A stretch of 64,000 nt of DNA from Candidatus Enterousia sp. (GTDB lineage Bacteria; Pseudomonadota; Alphaproteobacteria; Rs-D84): positions 4,727 to 68,726 of the forward strand of contig JAZQCG010000003.1 of the NCBI GenBank assembly GCA_045546155.1. The letters are read 5' to 3'. Shown here in pieces: positions 29,608-39,264 of the stretch. A model generated the notes under the pieces. It worked only from the letters and a program-made list of their open reading frames with translations, made no database searches and was not told where the DNA came from. The position numbers and the translations under genes are program-made. Numbering within the stretch: the first letter of the stretch is position 1; every line of letters begins with the position of its first letter.

Positions 29608-30976
29608 AATCCAGTGTTCGCAGGCTAATTTTATCTTCGTCAACGATAACCAGTTTGCCCATATTTATATTAAAACGTCGGGCTGCATTAAACGCATCGC
29701 GCATGCCGAATAATTGTTCGTCGTAAATTGGGAATATGCCACGCGCTAAACATAATTGATTTGCTGTAACAGATTCATTGCATACAGCCACGATTGGAAT
29801 ATCCGGTTTGCGACACGATATTTGAACCGCAATATCAGTATCGCGTGCAAACACAACAATTGCAGACGCTTTGTTTAAATATGCCATCGAAGCCACCGAC
29901 CGTGACCAATCATTTTCAGGAATATTTTCAACGCGTGACCAATCAAACGGATTCGCAATTGCATCCATATCGGCATGCGATAAAATCTTGTACATAGTTT
30001 CTATGACATTAACAGGATTGATTCCGATAGTTGTTTCTTCGCTTGTCATTGTTGAATCCGCGCGCAGATATGCCGTATTCGCAACGTCTGTAATTTCGGC
30101 GCGGGTTGGAAATTCGCTGGCCACCATAGAGCCTAACATTTGTGTTGCAACAATCACAGGTCTGTTCATTTTGCGACATTCACGAATAATGCAACGGGAA
30201 ATAGCAGGAACATCTTGGAACGGGACTTCTACGGCCAAATCGCCACGTGCAATCATAATACCGTCGGCTGCGGCGGCAATGTCGCAAATGCGTTCAACCG
30301 CGTTTGGGCGTTCGATTTTTGCGATGATTTTTATCGGGTGTGATGTGCGTTGGGTGATAAAGTCGCGAACCTCTGCGATGTCTTCGGGTTTTTGTACAAA
30401 TGAAATCGCAACATAGTCTGGTTTTTTTGTAATTGCGTATTCTAAATCTGCGCGATCTTTTGCGGTCAGAACCGATGTAGCGATTTCAGTATCCGGCAGA
30501 TTAAATCCACGACGTGACCAAATTTTATCCCCGCGCAAAACAGTTGTTTCGACTGCATTGTCATCAATTGCATCAACACGCATTTCGATTTTACCATCGT
30601 TTAATAATACGCGATCCCCGACGTTCAGTGATTTTAATACATCGGCATCTGGTAATTGTACACGTGTACTGTCGCCGGGTGTTGGGTCGTTATCAAATGT
30701 GAATTTTTGCCCAATCTGCAAATCGTATGGATTTTCGGTTGCAAAGTTTCCAATTCGATGTTTTGGCCCCTGCAGGTCAATCATCACTGCGACCGGTGTA
30801 TCCAGTTCTTCGGATATGGAACGAATAAGGTCAATTTTCTGTCCTTGGACATCGCCGGTGTCATGACTGAAATTCAGGCGGCACACGTTCACCCCCGATG
30901 AAATCATACGGGTTAATGTCTGTCTGTCTTCGCATTTTGGGCCAACAGATGCAGTAATTTTTGTATATTTGTTCAT
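29606..30976 (-). CDS. pyk: Pyruvate kinase
   Basis: RLNFSH, DLQGPK, IIAKIE, MIARGDL, ATQML, PTRAE. Confidence 0.95.
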   Translation of the reverse strand: MNKYTKITASVGPKCEDRQTLTRMISSGVNVCRLNFSHDTGDVQGQKIDLIRSISEELDTPVAVMIDLQGPKHRIGNFATENPYDLQIGQKFTFDNDPTPGDSTRVQLPDADVLKSLNVGDRVLLNDGKIEMRVDAIDDNAVETTVLRGDKIWSRRGFNLPDTEIATSVLTAKDRADLEYAITKKPDYVAISFVQKPEDIAEVRDFITQRTSHPIKIIAKIERPNAVERICDIAAAADGIMIARGDLAVEVPFQDVPAISRCIIRECRKMNRPVIVATQMLGSMVASEFPTRAEITDVANTAYLRADSTMTSEETTIGINPVNVIETMYKILSHADMDAIANPFDWSRVENIPENDWSRSVASMAYLNKASAIVVFARDTDIAVQISCRKPDIPIVAVCNESVTANQLCLARGIFPIYDEQLFGMRDAFNAARRFNINMGKLVIVDEDKISLRTLD

Positions 30977-31056
30977 AATTTTCCCTTCCTGTTTTTCTTG
31001 ATTTTTTCGATTAATGGTATATCATAAAGTCATCAAATAAACAAGGGGAAAACAGA

Positions 31057-31305
31057 ATGAAACAAGCAAATCATGGTGCAATTGATAACCAGCAATTAAT
31101 TAGCATTATTGAAAGAATTGAAAAATTAAACGAAGATACAGCTGCAATCGCCGCCGACATCAAAGAAATTTTTAGCGAAGCAAAATCTGCGGGCTATGAT
31201 CCAAAATATATTCGCCAGATGATACGCCTGCGTAAAATGGACCCAGATGAAATTGACGAAGCAGACGAATTAACACAAATGTATCGCAATGCGTTGGGGT
31301 TGTAA
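31057..31305 (+). CDS. DUF2312 / GapR nucleoid-associated protein
   Basis: LISIIERIEKLNED...DIKEIFSEAKSAGYDPK..RQMIRLRK. Confidence 0.9.
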   Translation: MKQANHGAIDNQQLISIIERIEKLNEDTAAIAADIKEIFSEAKSAGYDPKYIRQMIRLRKMDPDEIDEADELTQMYRNALGL

Positions 31306-31619
31306 TGAAGGCGTTTACCAAAACAACCGAAGATTTTAACTGCGCCCACTGTGGCGCAGTTGTTCATGGCAATGGATATACTAACCATTGCCCAAATTGC
31401 CTGTGGTCACGACATGTTGATGAAAATCCAGGCGATCGTGCGGCGACGTGTGGTGGTATGATGCGGCCAATTTCAGCCGCCCCCGATGGTGCACGATTTA
31501 TCATCACGCACAAATGTGAAGTATGCGGAAAAACTAAACGTCAACGCACATCAGATAATGATAACATAGACGCAATTATTGAAATCAGTCGTGATAATTC
31601 GTTTATATTTGGAAAATAG
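31305..31619 (+). CDS. RNHCP domain-containing protein
   Basis: FNCAHCG...YTNHCPNCLWSRHVD..PGDRAATCGGMM. Confidence 0.9.
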   Translation: MKAFTKTTEDFNCAHCGAVVHGNGYTNHCPNCLWSRHVDENPGDRAATCGGMMRPISAAPDGARFIITHKCEVCGKTKRQRTSDNDNIDAIIEISRDNSFIFGK

Positions 31620-31673
31620 TGTTGGGATTTTAATTATTGACCGGGTGTGTGAAAATTTACTAAACTGCATTTG

Positions 31674-32849
31674 ATGAGAATGCGCTTTCTTTTTTTACCA
31701 ATTTTATTACTGTGCGCGCCGGCGTATGCGGCGCAGTATCGTGCGGCATTGGTTGCTGATATGGATACTGGTCGTGTGTTGTACCAAGAAAACGCAAATG
31801 AATTAAATTATCCAGCATCGTTAACGAAAATCATGACATTGTATTTGACGTTTGATGCGCTGGAACATGGTCGATTGAATCTGGATGATTATTTAATTGT
31901 GTCACAATCGGCCGCAAATGCAGAGCCTGTAAAACTGGGGCTGTCGGCGGGGTCAAAAATCCGTGTCGAAGACGCGATAAAGGCGGTCGCCGTGCACAGT
32001 GCAAACGACGTTGCGCGTGTGTTGGCTGAAAATTTAAAGGGCGGTCAAGAAGAAACCTTTGCTGATTTAATGACACGTGTTGCGCGCGAAATTGGTTTAA
32101 CGCGTACGAACTTTGAAAACTCGTCGGGTTTGCCCAATGATGATCATATGTCGACGGCGCGTGATATCGCGTTGCTGTCTATGGCGGTATATAAACATTT
32201 CCCCCAGTATTGGAAATATTTCGGCATAAAATCTTGGACGTATAATGGCAAAACATATACAAACGGAAATCGTTTGTTGGGCTCGTTCAACGGATGTGAC
32301 GGGATGAAAACAGGGTATACAAAAAAATCTAAGTATTCGTTGGTTGCAACCGCCCATCGTGGGGATGCACATCTAATGTCTGTGGTGTTGGGGGCTGAAA
32401 ACAAAGACGTTCGTGCAAATGTAGCAGCGCAAATGTTGAACAAAGGGTTCGGAATGATGGGTGTGTCGCCTGAAACAATTGCGGTCAGTGCACCGGTTCG
32501 GACATATTCTGCGCCAAATGATACAACACCGTCTGCATCAACATTTAATGCAGCATATAATGCGGCAACTGCCGCCGCAGTGCCGGAATATCGCGCCGCT
32601 AAACCCACCACCCCGGTGGCAAAAAAATCTGTTGGCGGTGCAGGTGTTCAATTTGGCGCGTTTTCGTCACGTTCTGCCGCCGAAGCCCAGGTTGCAAATG
32701 TAAAGTCACGTTTGAATGCAAATGCAGTGGTTGAAACAGCGCCAAACGGCATGTATCGTGTTCGTGTAAACGGACTAACAGATGGGGCGGCGCAAAAATT
32801 AAAGTCATCTGCCACCGCTAATGGTATTGACAGTTATGTTTTTCACTAG
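31674..32849 (+). CDS. D-alanyl-D-alanine carboxypeptidase (peptidase S11) with C-terminal SPOR domain
   Basis: PASLTK, SAND and KTG motifs; VQFGAFSS...YRVRV SPOR domain. Confidence 0.92.
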   Translation: MRMRFLFLPILLLCAPAYAAQYRAALVADMDTGRVLYQENANELNYPASLTKIMTLYLTFDALEHGRLNLDDYLIVSQSAANAEPVKLGLSAGSKIRVEDAIKAVAVHSANDVARVLAENLKGGQEETFADLMTRVAREIGLTRTNFENSSGLPNDDHMSTARDIALLSMAVYKHFPQYWKYFGIKSWTYNGKTYTNGNRLLGSFNGCDGMKTGYTKKSKYSLVATAHRGDAHLMSVVLGAENKDVRANVAAQMLNKGFGMMGVSPETIAVSAPVRTYSAPNDTTPSASTFNAAYNAATAAAVPEYRAAKPTTPVAKKSVGGAGVQFGAFSSRSAAEAQVANVKSRLNANAVVETAPNGMYRVRVNGLTDGAAQKLKSSATANGIDSYVFH

Positions 32850-32864
32850 TATTGTGTGCGTACA

Positions 32865-33461
32865 ATGAATCCAAAAATAGATAAGTTGATTAAATTATTT
32901 GCTAAATTACCGCGTGTTGGTTCGCGCGGTGGACAACGTATAGTCTTGTCTTTGCTTCAAGATAAAACCGGTCGTGCCCAGACTTTGGCGACGGCGCTAA
33001 TTGATGCGACGGAAACTATCGCGCCATGTGCATGTTGTGGCGTGTTATCAGAGCGGGGCGCAATGTGTGAATTTTGTCGTGACACCGCGCGCGCAAATGG
33101 TCAGTTGTGTATTGTTCGCGACCTTGCAGACGTTTGGACACTTGAAAAATCATCGGTCTTTCATGGACGGTATCATATTATTGGGGGACTGCTGTCGGGG
33201 GCGGGCGGTGTATTGCCGTCTGATTTAAATATTAAAAATTTGACCGAACGCATTGAAAAAGAAAATATAAGCGAAATTATTTTTGCTTTGCCTAATACAG
33301 TCGAAGGCAAAACCACCCAGCATTACATTATGTCATTTGTTGGTGATGTGAATAATGTTGTTTATTCCGAATTAGCGTCTGGTGTTCCATTGGGTGGCGA
33401 TTTAGACTATATTGACGATGGCACGTTGACATTGGCGTTTGGGGGGCGCAAATCATTATGA
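32865..33461 (+). CDS. recR: Recombination protein RecR
   Basis: AKLPRVGSR, C4 zinc finger, TVEGKTT, LASGVPLGGDLDYIDDGTL. Confidence 0.95.
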   Translation: MNPKIDKLIKLFAKLPRVGSRGGQRIVLSLLQDKTGRAQTLATALIDATETIAPCACCGVLSERGAMCEFCRDTARANGQLCIVRDLADVWTLEKSSVFHGRYHIIGGLLSGAGGVLPSDLNIKNLTERIEKENISEIIFALPNTVEGKTTQHYIMSFVGDVNNVVYSELASGVPLGGDLDYIDDGTLTLAFGGRKSL

Positions 33462-34282
33462 CGGACAAAATTGCAAATTTACCCCCTGTATCAGAAATGA
33501 TGCGCGCATCGGGGCTAGAACCGAAAAAACAGTTCGGTCAAAATTTTTTGTTTGATTTAAATCTAACTGGTCGTATCGCGCGCAGTGTGCCAAATATTTC
33601 GCATACCACGGTAATAGAGGTTGGGCCTGGGCCTGCCGGCTTAACGCGCGCATTGCTGATGGCGGGCGCTAAACGTGTTATTGCGATTGAAAAAGACAAA
33701 ACAACCGAACCTATATTGTCGCAAATCATAGATGCTGCCGCGGGCCGTCTTAGTGTGATTTTTGATGACGCGTTGCGTGTAAATTTTGCAGATTTTGGTG
33801 TTGAAGAATACGCAATCTGTTCAAATTTGCCATATAATGTTGGAACTGAATTATTAATCGGCTGGTTGCATAAAATGGCGGTGGGCGAACAAATAAAATC
33901 ATTAACACTTATGTTTCAAAAAGAAGTTGCGCAACGTATAACATCAAAACCTGGCGATGAACATTATGGTCGTCTGGCGGTGTTAACATCGCTTATCGCA
34001 GATGCAAAAATTTTATTTGACGTTCCAAATACTGCGTTTGTTCCGCGGCCTCGGGTGCAAAGTGCAGTTGTCCAGATTATTCCTAATGCGGACAAGATTT
34101 CAAAACTGGCTGATTTAAATAAAATTGAACAATTAACCGCTAAATTATTTGGCCAGCGTCGTAAAATGATACGTGCAATTATGCCGAACGTCGCGTGGGA
34201 AAAATATGGATTAACGGGAACAGAGCGTGCTGAAAAAATAAGTCCAGAAACATTTGCATTAATGGCGCGCGATTTGTTATAG
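33458..34282 (+). CDS. rsmA: 16S rRNA m6,2A dimethyltransferase RsmA/KsgA
   Basis: KKQFGQNFL, EVGPGPAGLT, NLPYNV, MFQKEVA. Confidence 0.96.
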   Translation: MTDKIANLPPVSEMMRASGLEPKKQFGQNFLFDLNLTGRIARSVPNISHTTVIEVGPGPAGLTRALLMAGAKRVIAIEKDKTTEPILSQIIDAAAGRLSVIFDDALRVNFADFGVEEYAICSNLPYNVGTELLIGWLHKMAVGEQIKSLTLMFQKEVAQRITSKPGDEHYGRLAVLTSLIADAKILFDVPNTAFVPRPRVQSAVVQIIPNADKISKLADLNKIEQLTAKLFGQRRKMIRAIMPNVAWEKYGLTGTERAEKISPETFALMARDLL

Positions 34283-34305
34283 TGTGTTTGTAGTAGGGGG
34301 GACAA

Positions 34306-36012
34306 ATGCCAATATCTGTTTTAATATTTTTAGGTATTTTATTTGTATTGGTTTATTTGTTGCGTCGGGTGCACATTGGTGCGTTGGTTGCATTTTTGTT
34401 TGCTGGTATTTTATCTGGGCCATATGTATTCAATCTTTTTGAATTAAATGAAACGTGGCAGTTTTTGGGCGATATTGGGATTATGTTTTTATGGTTTACA
34501 ATTGGGCTTGAAATCAATATGCGCCGCCTGTGGAATTTACGTCATACGATATTTGGTTTTGGTGCCGCCCAGGTTATGATGGTTGCGATAATGTTATTCC
34601 CATTATTGTTTGGTGTGACAATTTGGTCGATTATGGGATGCGTGATGGTATCGTTGATGCTGGCAATGTCCAGTACGTCGTCTGCGATGGATTTATTAGT
34701 GTCGCGCAATCAATTGAATACCAACATGGGGCGCCAGACTTTTTCAATTTTGTTATTCCAAGATTTGTTGTCAATTCCATTGCTTGCAATGTTGCCGGTT
34801 TTTGCAGGAAAAAGTTTTGACCTGGGGGCCAGTGCAATTGACGTTGCGGTTATATCGGTTGCATTGATAATCAGTGTTGTTGTAATCGGTCGTTTTGTAT
34901 TAAATCCGTTATTGAATTTGGTTTCTAAATTAAAATCAAACGAAGTATTTTTGTTGGCGGTCTTATTAAATATTGTTATTTGGGCTGTGTTGTTGGACAT
35001 AATGGGGTTGCCTGCGGGATTGGGGGCGTTCTTGGCCGGAATGTTAATGTCTGAAACGGTGTATCGTCATCAAATTGATGCCCAAATTGGGCCGTATGCA
35101 ACAATGTTTCTGGGGTTGTTCTTTATCGTACTTGGTATGGGGTTTGATTTACCGATGTTGGGTGAAAATTGGTATATTATCTTGGGCGGCTTAATTGGTT
35201 TAGTTACTTTAAAGTTTGTCGCGATATATATCGTTGCGCGCGTTCGCAACGTCGATATTCCAGATGCTACCATGATTGCATTATTGCTTGCCAACGGTGG
35301 TGAATTTGGCCTGCTGATGCTTCAGACATTAAAAACGTCTGGTATTAATGCGATACCCGCCGCGCACCAAGAAATTTTATCTGCGATAATTGTGTTGTCG
35401 ATTATGATGACGCCTATATTGCTGGCGATATATGATTATTTGCGCCGTACAGGGCGACTAATGACCCAGCGTTTCCCGCGTACATTGGACGATTCTGATA
35501 ATTCTGTTCAGCCCACTGTTATGATTTGCGGATTTGGTCGTGTGGGACAAATTGTTGCCCAAATGCTGGATGCCCAGAATATTTCATATATCGCAATTGA
35601 TATGGATGTTAGCACGATTATGGTCGCGCGTGAGCGTGGATTAAATGTCGTGTATGGCGACACGACAAACGAACGTGTTCTGCGTGAATTTGGATTGCAC
35701 CCACGTAAAATTCGCGCGGTTGTTGTTGCATTGGATAATGCTGGCACTGCACGCAAAGCGGTTCGTGCGATAAAATCTATTGCGCCACGTATGAAAATAT
35801 TTGCACGTGCCCGAAATTTGGCGGATTCCCGTGTGTTATTAAAAGATGGTGTTTTTGCAGCAACCCCTGAAACGATTGAATCCTCCTTCTTCTTGGGGCG
35901 CAGTGTCTTAGATCATTTGGGGGCATCTGATTCAGAAATAACAAAAATGCTGTCTGAAATGCGCGATGATAATTACATGGAACTGGCATCACAAATATCA
36001 GACAAGCAATGA
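34306..36012 (+). CDS. CPA2 cation:proton antiporter with TrkA-N domain (KefB/KefC-like)
   Basis: ILLFQD, LGAFLAG, GGEFG; KTN domain CGFGRVGQ, VYGD. Confidence 0.9.
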   Translation: MPISVLIFLGILFVLVYLLRRVHIGALVAFLFAGILSGPYVFNLFELNETWQFLGDIGIMFLWFTIGLEINMRRLWNLRHTIFGFGAAQVMMVAIMLFPLLFGVTIWSIMGCVMVSLMLAMSSTSSAMDLLVSRNQLNTNMGRQTFSILLFQDLLSIPLLAMLPVFAGKSFDLGASAIDVAVISVALIISVVVIGRFVLNPLLNLVSKLKSNEVFLLAVLLNIVIWAVLLDIMGLPAGLGAFLAGMLMSETVYRHQIDAQIGPYATMFLGLFFIVLGMGFDLPMLGENWYIILGGLIGLVTLKFVAIYIVARVRNVDIPDATMIALLLANGGEFGLLMLQTLKTSGINAIPAAHQEILSAIIVLSIMMTPILLAIYDYLRRTGRLMTQRFPRTLDDSDNSVQPTVMICGFGRVGQIVAQMLDAQNISYIAIDMDVSTIMVARERGLNVVYGDTTNERVLREFGLHPRKIRAVVVALDNAGTARKAVRAIKSIAPRMKIFARARNLADSRVLLKDGVFAATPETIESSFFLGRSVLDHLGASDSEITKMLSEMRDDNYMELASQISDKQ

Positions 36013-36103
36013 TAATCATCCTATAAAAAAGTCCCCATTTGGGGACATTTTATTTGCAATTATATGCTACGATTGCTATATTTCAATGAAACAGGAAAGT
36101 AAT

Positions 36104-36643
36104 ATGAAAAAGATTATCACAATTGTGTCGATTATGTTGGGAATCATTGTCCTGGATGCCATGTCCAAGGGGGCGTTGTTGTATCTTATTACAGGCGGTT
36201 TTCCATTGGTTGGTTCGGCATGGGATTTGGTCCCACATCCGTATTTAATGACGCCTGTGACTGGATTTTTTAACATCGTATTCACATGGAATTTTGGCAC
36301 AGCATTTTCGTTGTTTAATGGACTGGGTGAATATGCGCCAATCGCACTGGTTATTATGACTGGTTTTATTATCGGTGTGATTCTTTATTATTTATTTACC
36401 CGCGCCAAGAATTACGAAGTTGTTCCGTTATCATTAATCGCCGGTGGTGCAATTGGCAATCTGATTGACAGAATCCGTTTCGGCGCGGTGGTTGATTTCC
36501 TGGACTTTCATATTGGCGGGTATCATTGGCCGGCATTTAATGTGGCGGATATCTGTATCGTAGTAGGCGTAGGGCTTTATATTTTAAATTGGTATATCGC
36601 ACGTCGCAAGTGTTTGGAAAATTGTAAAAAGGAATGTAAATAA
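36104..36643 (+). CDS. lspA: Lipoprotein signal peptidase II
   Basis: NFGTAFSL, GGAIGNLIDR, VVDFLD, FNVAD. Confidence 0.95.
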   Translation: MKKIITIVSIMLGIIVLDAMSKGALLYLITGGFPLVGSAWDLVPHPYLMTPVTGFFNIVFTWNFGTAFSLFNGLGEYAPIALVIMTGFIIGVILYYLFTRAKNYEVVPLSLIAGGAIGNLIDRIRFGAVVDFLDFHIGGYHWPAFNVADICIVVGVGLYILNWYIARRKCLENCKKECK

Positions 36644-36645
36644 TC

Positions 36646-38205
36646 ATGGTTCAGTATATGGATAATAATTCTGGGTTTGCCCAGTGGAACGCAAATAAGA
36701 ACGCAACCACCAAAAAATCTCCGTTTGGTGGATTTATGTGGTGGTTTTTAATTTTTGTTGCCGTCTGGTGGCTGTTGGGTTCGTGGATGACACCAAAAAC
36801 AACCAATGTTCCGGTTGAAAACGCGCCTGTTGTTGATTTGTCAAATGTACCAACCACGACAATTGAAAACCAAGATATTTCTGCAACGGTTCAGGGCCTG
36901 CGTATATCAGACATCGCATTAAAAGAATTTAATACTTCATCATCTGATGCATCGCCTGTGACACTGTTAAATACCGATGATGCATACGCAGAATTCGGAT
37001 TAATTGCAAATGGAACAACTGCGCCGACGGCGACAACGGTTTGGAAAACCCAAGACGGTGTATATTCATGGCGCAATTCCGACGGTGTTGAATTTACGCG
37101 TTCGATAACAACTGATAATTATGTAATTATTGTCAATGACACGATAAAGAATAACACATCGCGCGATATATCAATTGCACCGTATGGACGTATTGTACGC
37201 GCAAATGATGCGACAAATTCTGCGGGTGTATCGACGGGTGCAATCGCATATGAAAATAATGATATTGAACGTATTGATTGGCGCAAAATGGACAAGCGTT
37301 CATACGCCTACACAACAACAAATGGCTTTATTGGATTTGCAGACCAATATTGGGAAACGGTGTTGTCGATTGGTGCGCTTGATCAAACAATGACGTTCAA
37401 GAAGTCTGGCGCAAACTATGGCGCAGATGTTGTCGCGGGTGGCATTGCGGTTGCGCCGAACGCAACGGCCAGCATTGCATACCACTTGTACGCCGGTCCC
37501 CTAGAACCAGATGCATTGGCCGGTGCGAATAAATATATTTCTGATATTGACGACACGATTGATTACGGATGGTTTGGATTCTTGGCGCGTCCAATGTTGT
37601 GGATTATTAACACTTTAAATTCATTGGTAATGAATTACGGTGTTGCGATTATTTTGATGACATTGATTTTGCGCATGTTGATGTGGCCATTAACGCGCAA
37701 GTCTTATACCTCAATGATTGCGATGCAGAAAATGCAACCTGAATTACAGCGAATTCAGAAATTGTATGCCAATGATAAAATGCGCCTGCAAATGGAAATG
37801 ATGAAGGTGTACCAGACACACAAGACGTCGCCTATGTCGGGTTGTCTGCCAATGCTAATTCAGATTCCAATTTTCTTTGCATTGTACAAGGCCTTATTGG
37901 TATCCGTACAAATGCGCAGTGCGAATTTCTTGTGGATAAATGATTTAGCGGTAATGGATCCATATTTCATATTGCCAATATTGATGGGCGCGACAATGTG
38001 GCTGCAACAATATCTGCAAAGCGCACAAAATACCAAATCCACGGACAAAAACGATATCGCCGCCCAGACTCAGCGTATGATGCGCTGGATGCCGATATTA
38101 TTCACCGTGATGTTTGCGTGGATGCCGGCTGGCTTGGTTCTGTATTGGACGATGTCGAATATATTTGGAATAATTCAAATGTATATAATCAAGCGCCAAA
38201 AATAA
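36646..38205 (+). CDS. yidC: Membrane protein insertase YidC
   Basis: IDYGWFGF, NYGVAII, GCLPMLIQIPIFFALY, PAGLVLYW. Confidence 0.96.
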   Translation: MVQYMDNNSGFAQWNANKNATTKKSPFGGFMWWFLIFVAVWWLLGSWMTPKTTNVPVENAPVVDLSNVPTTTIENQDISATVQGLRISDIALKEFNTSSSDASPVTLLNTDDAYAEFGLIANGTTAPTATTVWKTQDGVYSWRNSDGVEFTRSITTDNYVIIVNDTIKNNTSRDISIAPYGRIVRANDATNSAGVSTGAIAYENNDIERIDWRKMDKRSYAYTTTNGFIGFADQYWETVLSIGALDQTMTFKKSGANYGADVVAGGIAVAPNATASIAYHLYAGPLEPDALAGANKYISDIDDTIDYGWFGFLARPMLWIINTLNSLVMNYGVAIILMTLILRMLMWPLTRKSYTSMIAMQKMQPELQRIQKLYANDKMRLQMEMMKVYQTHKTSPMSGCLPMLIQIPIFFALYKALLVSVQMRSANFLWINDLAVMDPYFILPILMGATMWLQQYLQSAQNTKSTDKNDIAAQTQRMMRWMPILFTVMFAWMPAGLVLYWTMSNIFGIIQMYIIKRQK

Positions 38206-38230
38206 AATAATCCCGGTTAATCCGGGATTA

Positions 38231-38572
38231 TTAATTATGTAAATTTTTATAAAGAGCATATGGTGTTTGAATCCGCCAATTATGTAATCCGATTGCTTGT
38301 TTGGCCAAATCAACACAACTTCGGGCATGATATGGATTAAAATCATGGGCCAGTGTTGCGCCATCAATATATATAAATCGCCATCCATGCGTTTTTAGAA
38401 TTTTAATATCCCGCATCCGTAGGGCTATTTTTTCAATGCGTCCTGGTGCAATAAATTGAAACATAATCAGTTTATTTCCACGCGGCACGATTGGTGCCAC
38501 GTGTTTAAATTTCCGACATAATATATTCGGAATAAATTTAGACGTCTTATTCGAAAAAGCAATGATAATCAT
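38231..38572 (-). CDS. Hypothetical protein (phage/GTA-associated-like)
   Basis: 113-aa ORF with AAGGA RBS; FKHV...SCVDLAKQAIG...TPYALYK pattern. Confidence 0.65.
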   Translation of the reverse strand: MIIIAFSNKTSKFIPNILCRKFKHVAPIVPRGNKLIMFQFIAPGRIEKIALRMRDIKILKTHGWRFIYIDGATLAHDFNPYHARSCVDLAKQAIGLHNWRIQTPYALYKNLHN

Positions 38573-38595
38573 AATATTTTCCTTATCTTGTTTTA

Positions 38596-38937
38596 CTATT
38601 CAATCCATCCACGTTCAATTGCTGCGTTTTGTATTACATCCATTGCGCGTCGCCATTGATCTGCGGCACGATTTTCGCGCCAGATATATTGATGTGGCGC
38701 GCGACGTTTGTCACCGAATTCCTTCATAATTTGCAACTGTTCATCGGTCAATTTCCCAGACAGATATAATTTTGTAATCAGTGTTTCTACATCAACCAGT
38801 TCGCACACGCGTCGCATCCCGCGCATCCCGTTGTGTACAAAACCATTACGCACAGATTTTGAATATAAAAACCAGAACCACAGTTGCTCTGAATTTTGAA
38901 ATTTTTCTGTATTATAAATCGCTTGTTGTTGTTCCAT
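38596..38937 (-). CDS. Conserved alphaproteobacterial hypothetical protein
   Basis: AAGGAG RBS; F.NSEQLWFWF..C..VD...KLY..GKL..FG...AP...W pattern recalled from Rhodospirillales hypotheticals. Confidence 0.75.
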   Translation of the reverse strand: MEQQQAIYNTEKFQNSEQLWFWFLYSKSVRNGFVHNGMRGMRRVCELVDVETLITKLYLSGKLTDEQLQIMKEFGDKRRAPHQYIWRENRAADQWRRAMDVIQNAAIERGWIE

Positions 38938-39223
38938 ATCTACATCTCCTTTATTTTGTTTTGCGACCTGTTAAGATTTATATCCTAAAAAACCGATTGT
39001 GATAAATACTACAACCGACGGTTGATTGTTGAATCGGATTTTCGATTCGAAAATTGAATCTTGTGATTTGTATTCGAATCGAATTTTTATCCATGTTCAT
39101 CGTCATGTGTTCCCGTTTGATTACAAAAAAATAAGCGTCCAAAAATTGGACGCACAAACACGCATATAAAAACAGTCATATTGTTATTCCGTTTATTTTA
39201 TTATAGTTCCCTTGGTTAAAAAA

Positions 39224-39249
39224 TAAACCCACCATATGGTGGGTTTTAT
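39224..39249 (-). terminator. Terminator of the virB8-10 operon
   Basis: AAACCCACC-atat-GGTGGGTTT. Confidence 0.7.
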
Positions 39250-39264
39250 TAAATTATTTCCCGG

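Noticed and set aside
24272-36012. Full UGA-to-Trp reassignment
   Set aside because: def and recR end in ATGA overlaps with the next gene, kef ends in TGA, and long conserved genes contain no in-frame TGA
39094-39124. Alphaproteobacterial LexA box (GTTC-N7-GTTC)
   Set aside because: The two GTTC half-sites are 10 nt apart and the alternative second half-site is degenerate
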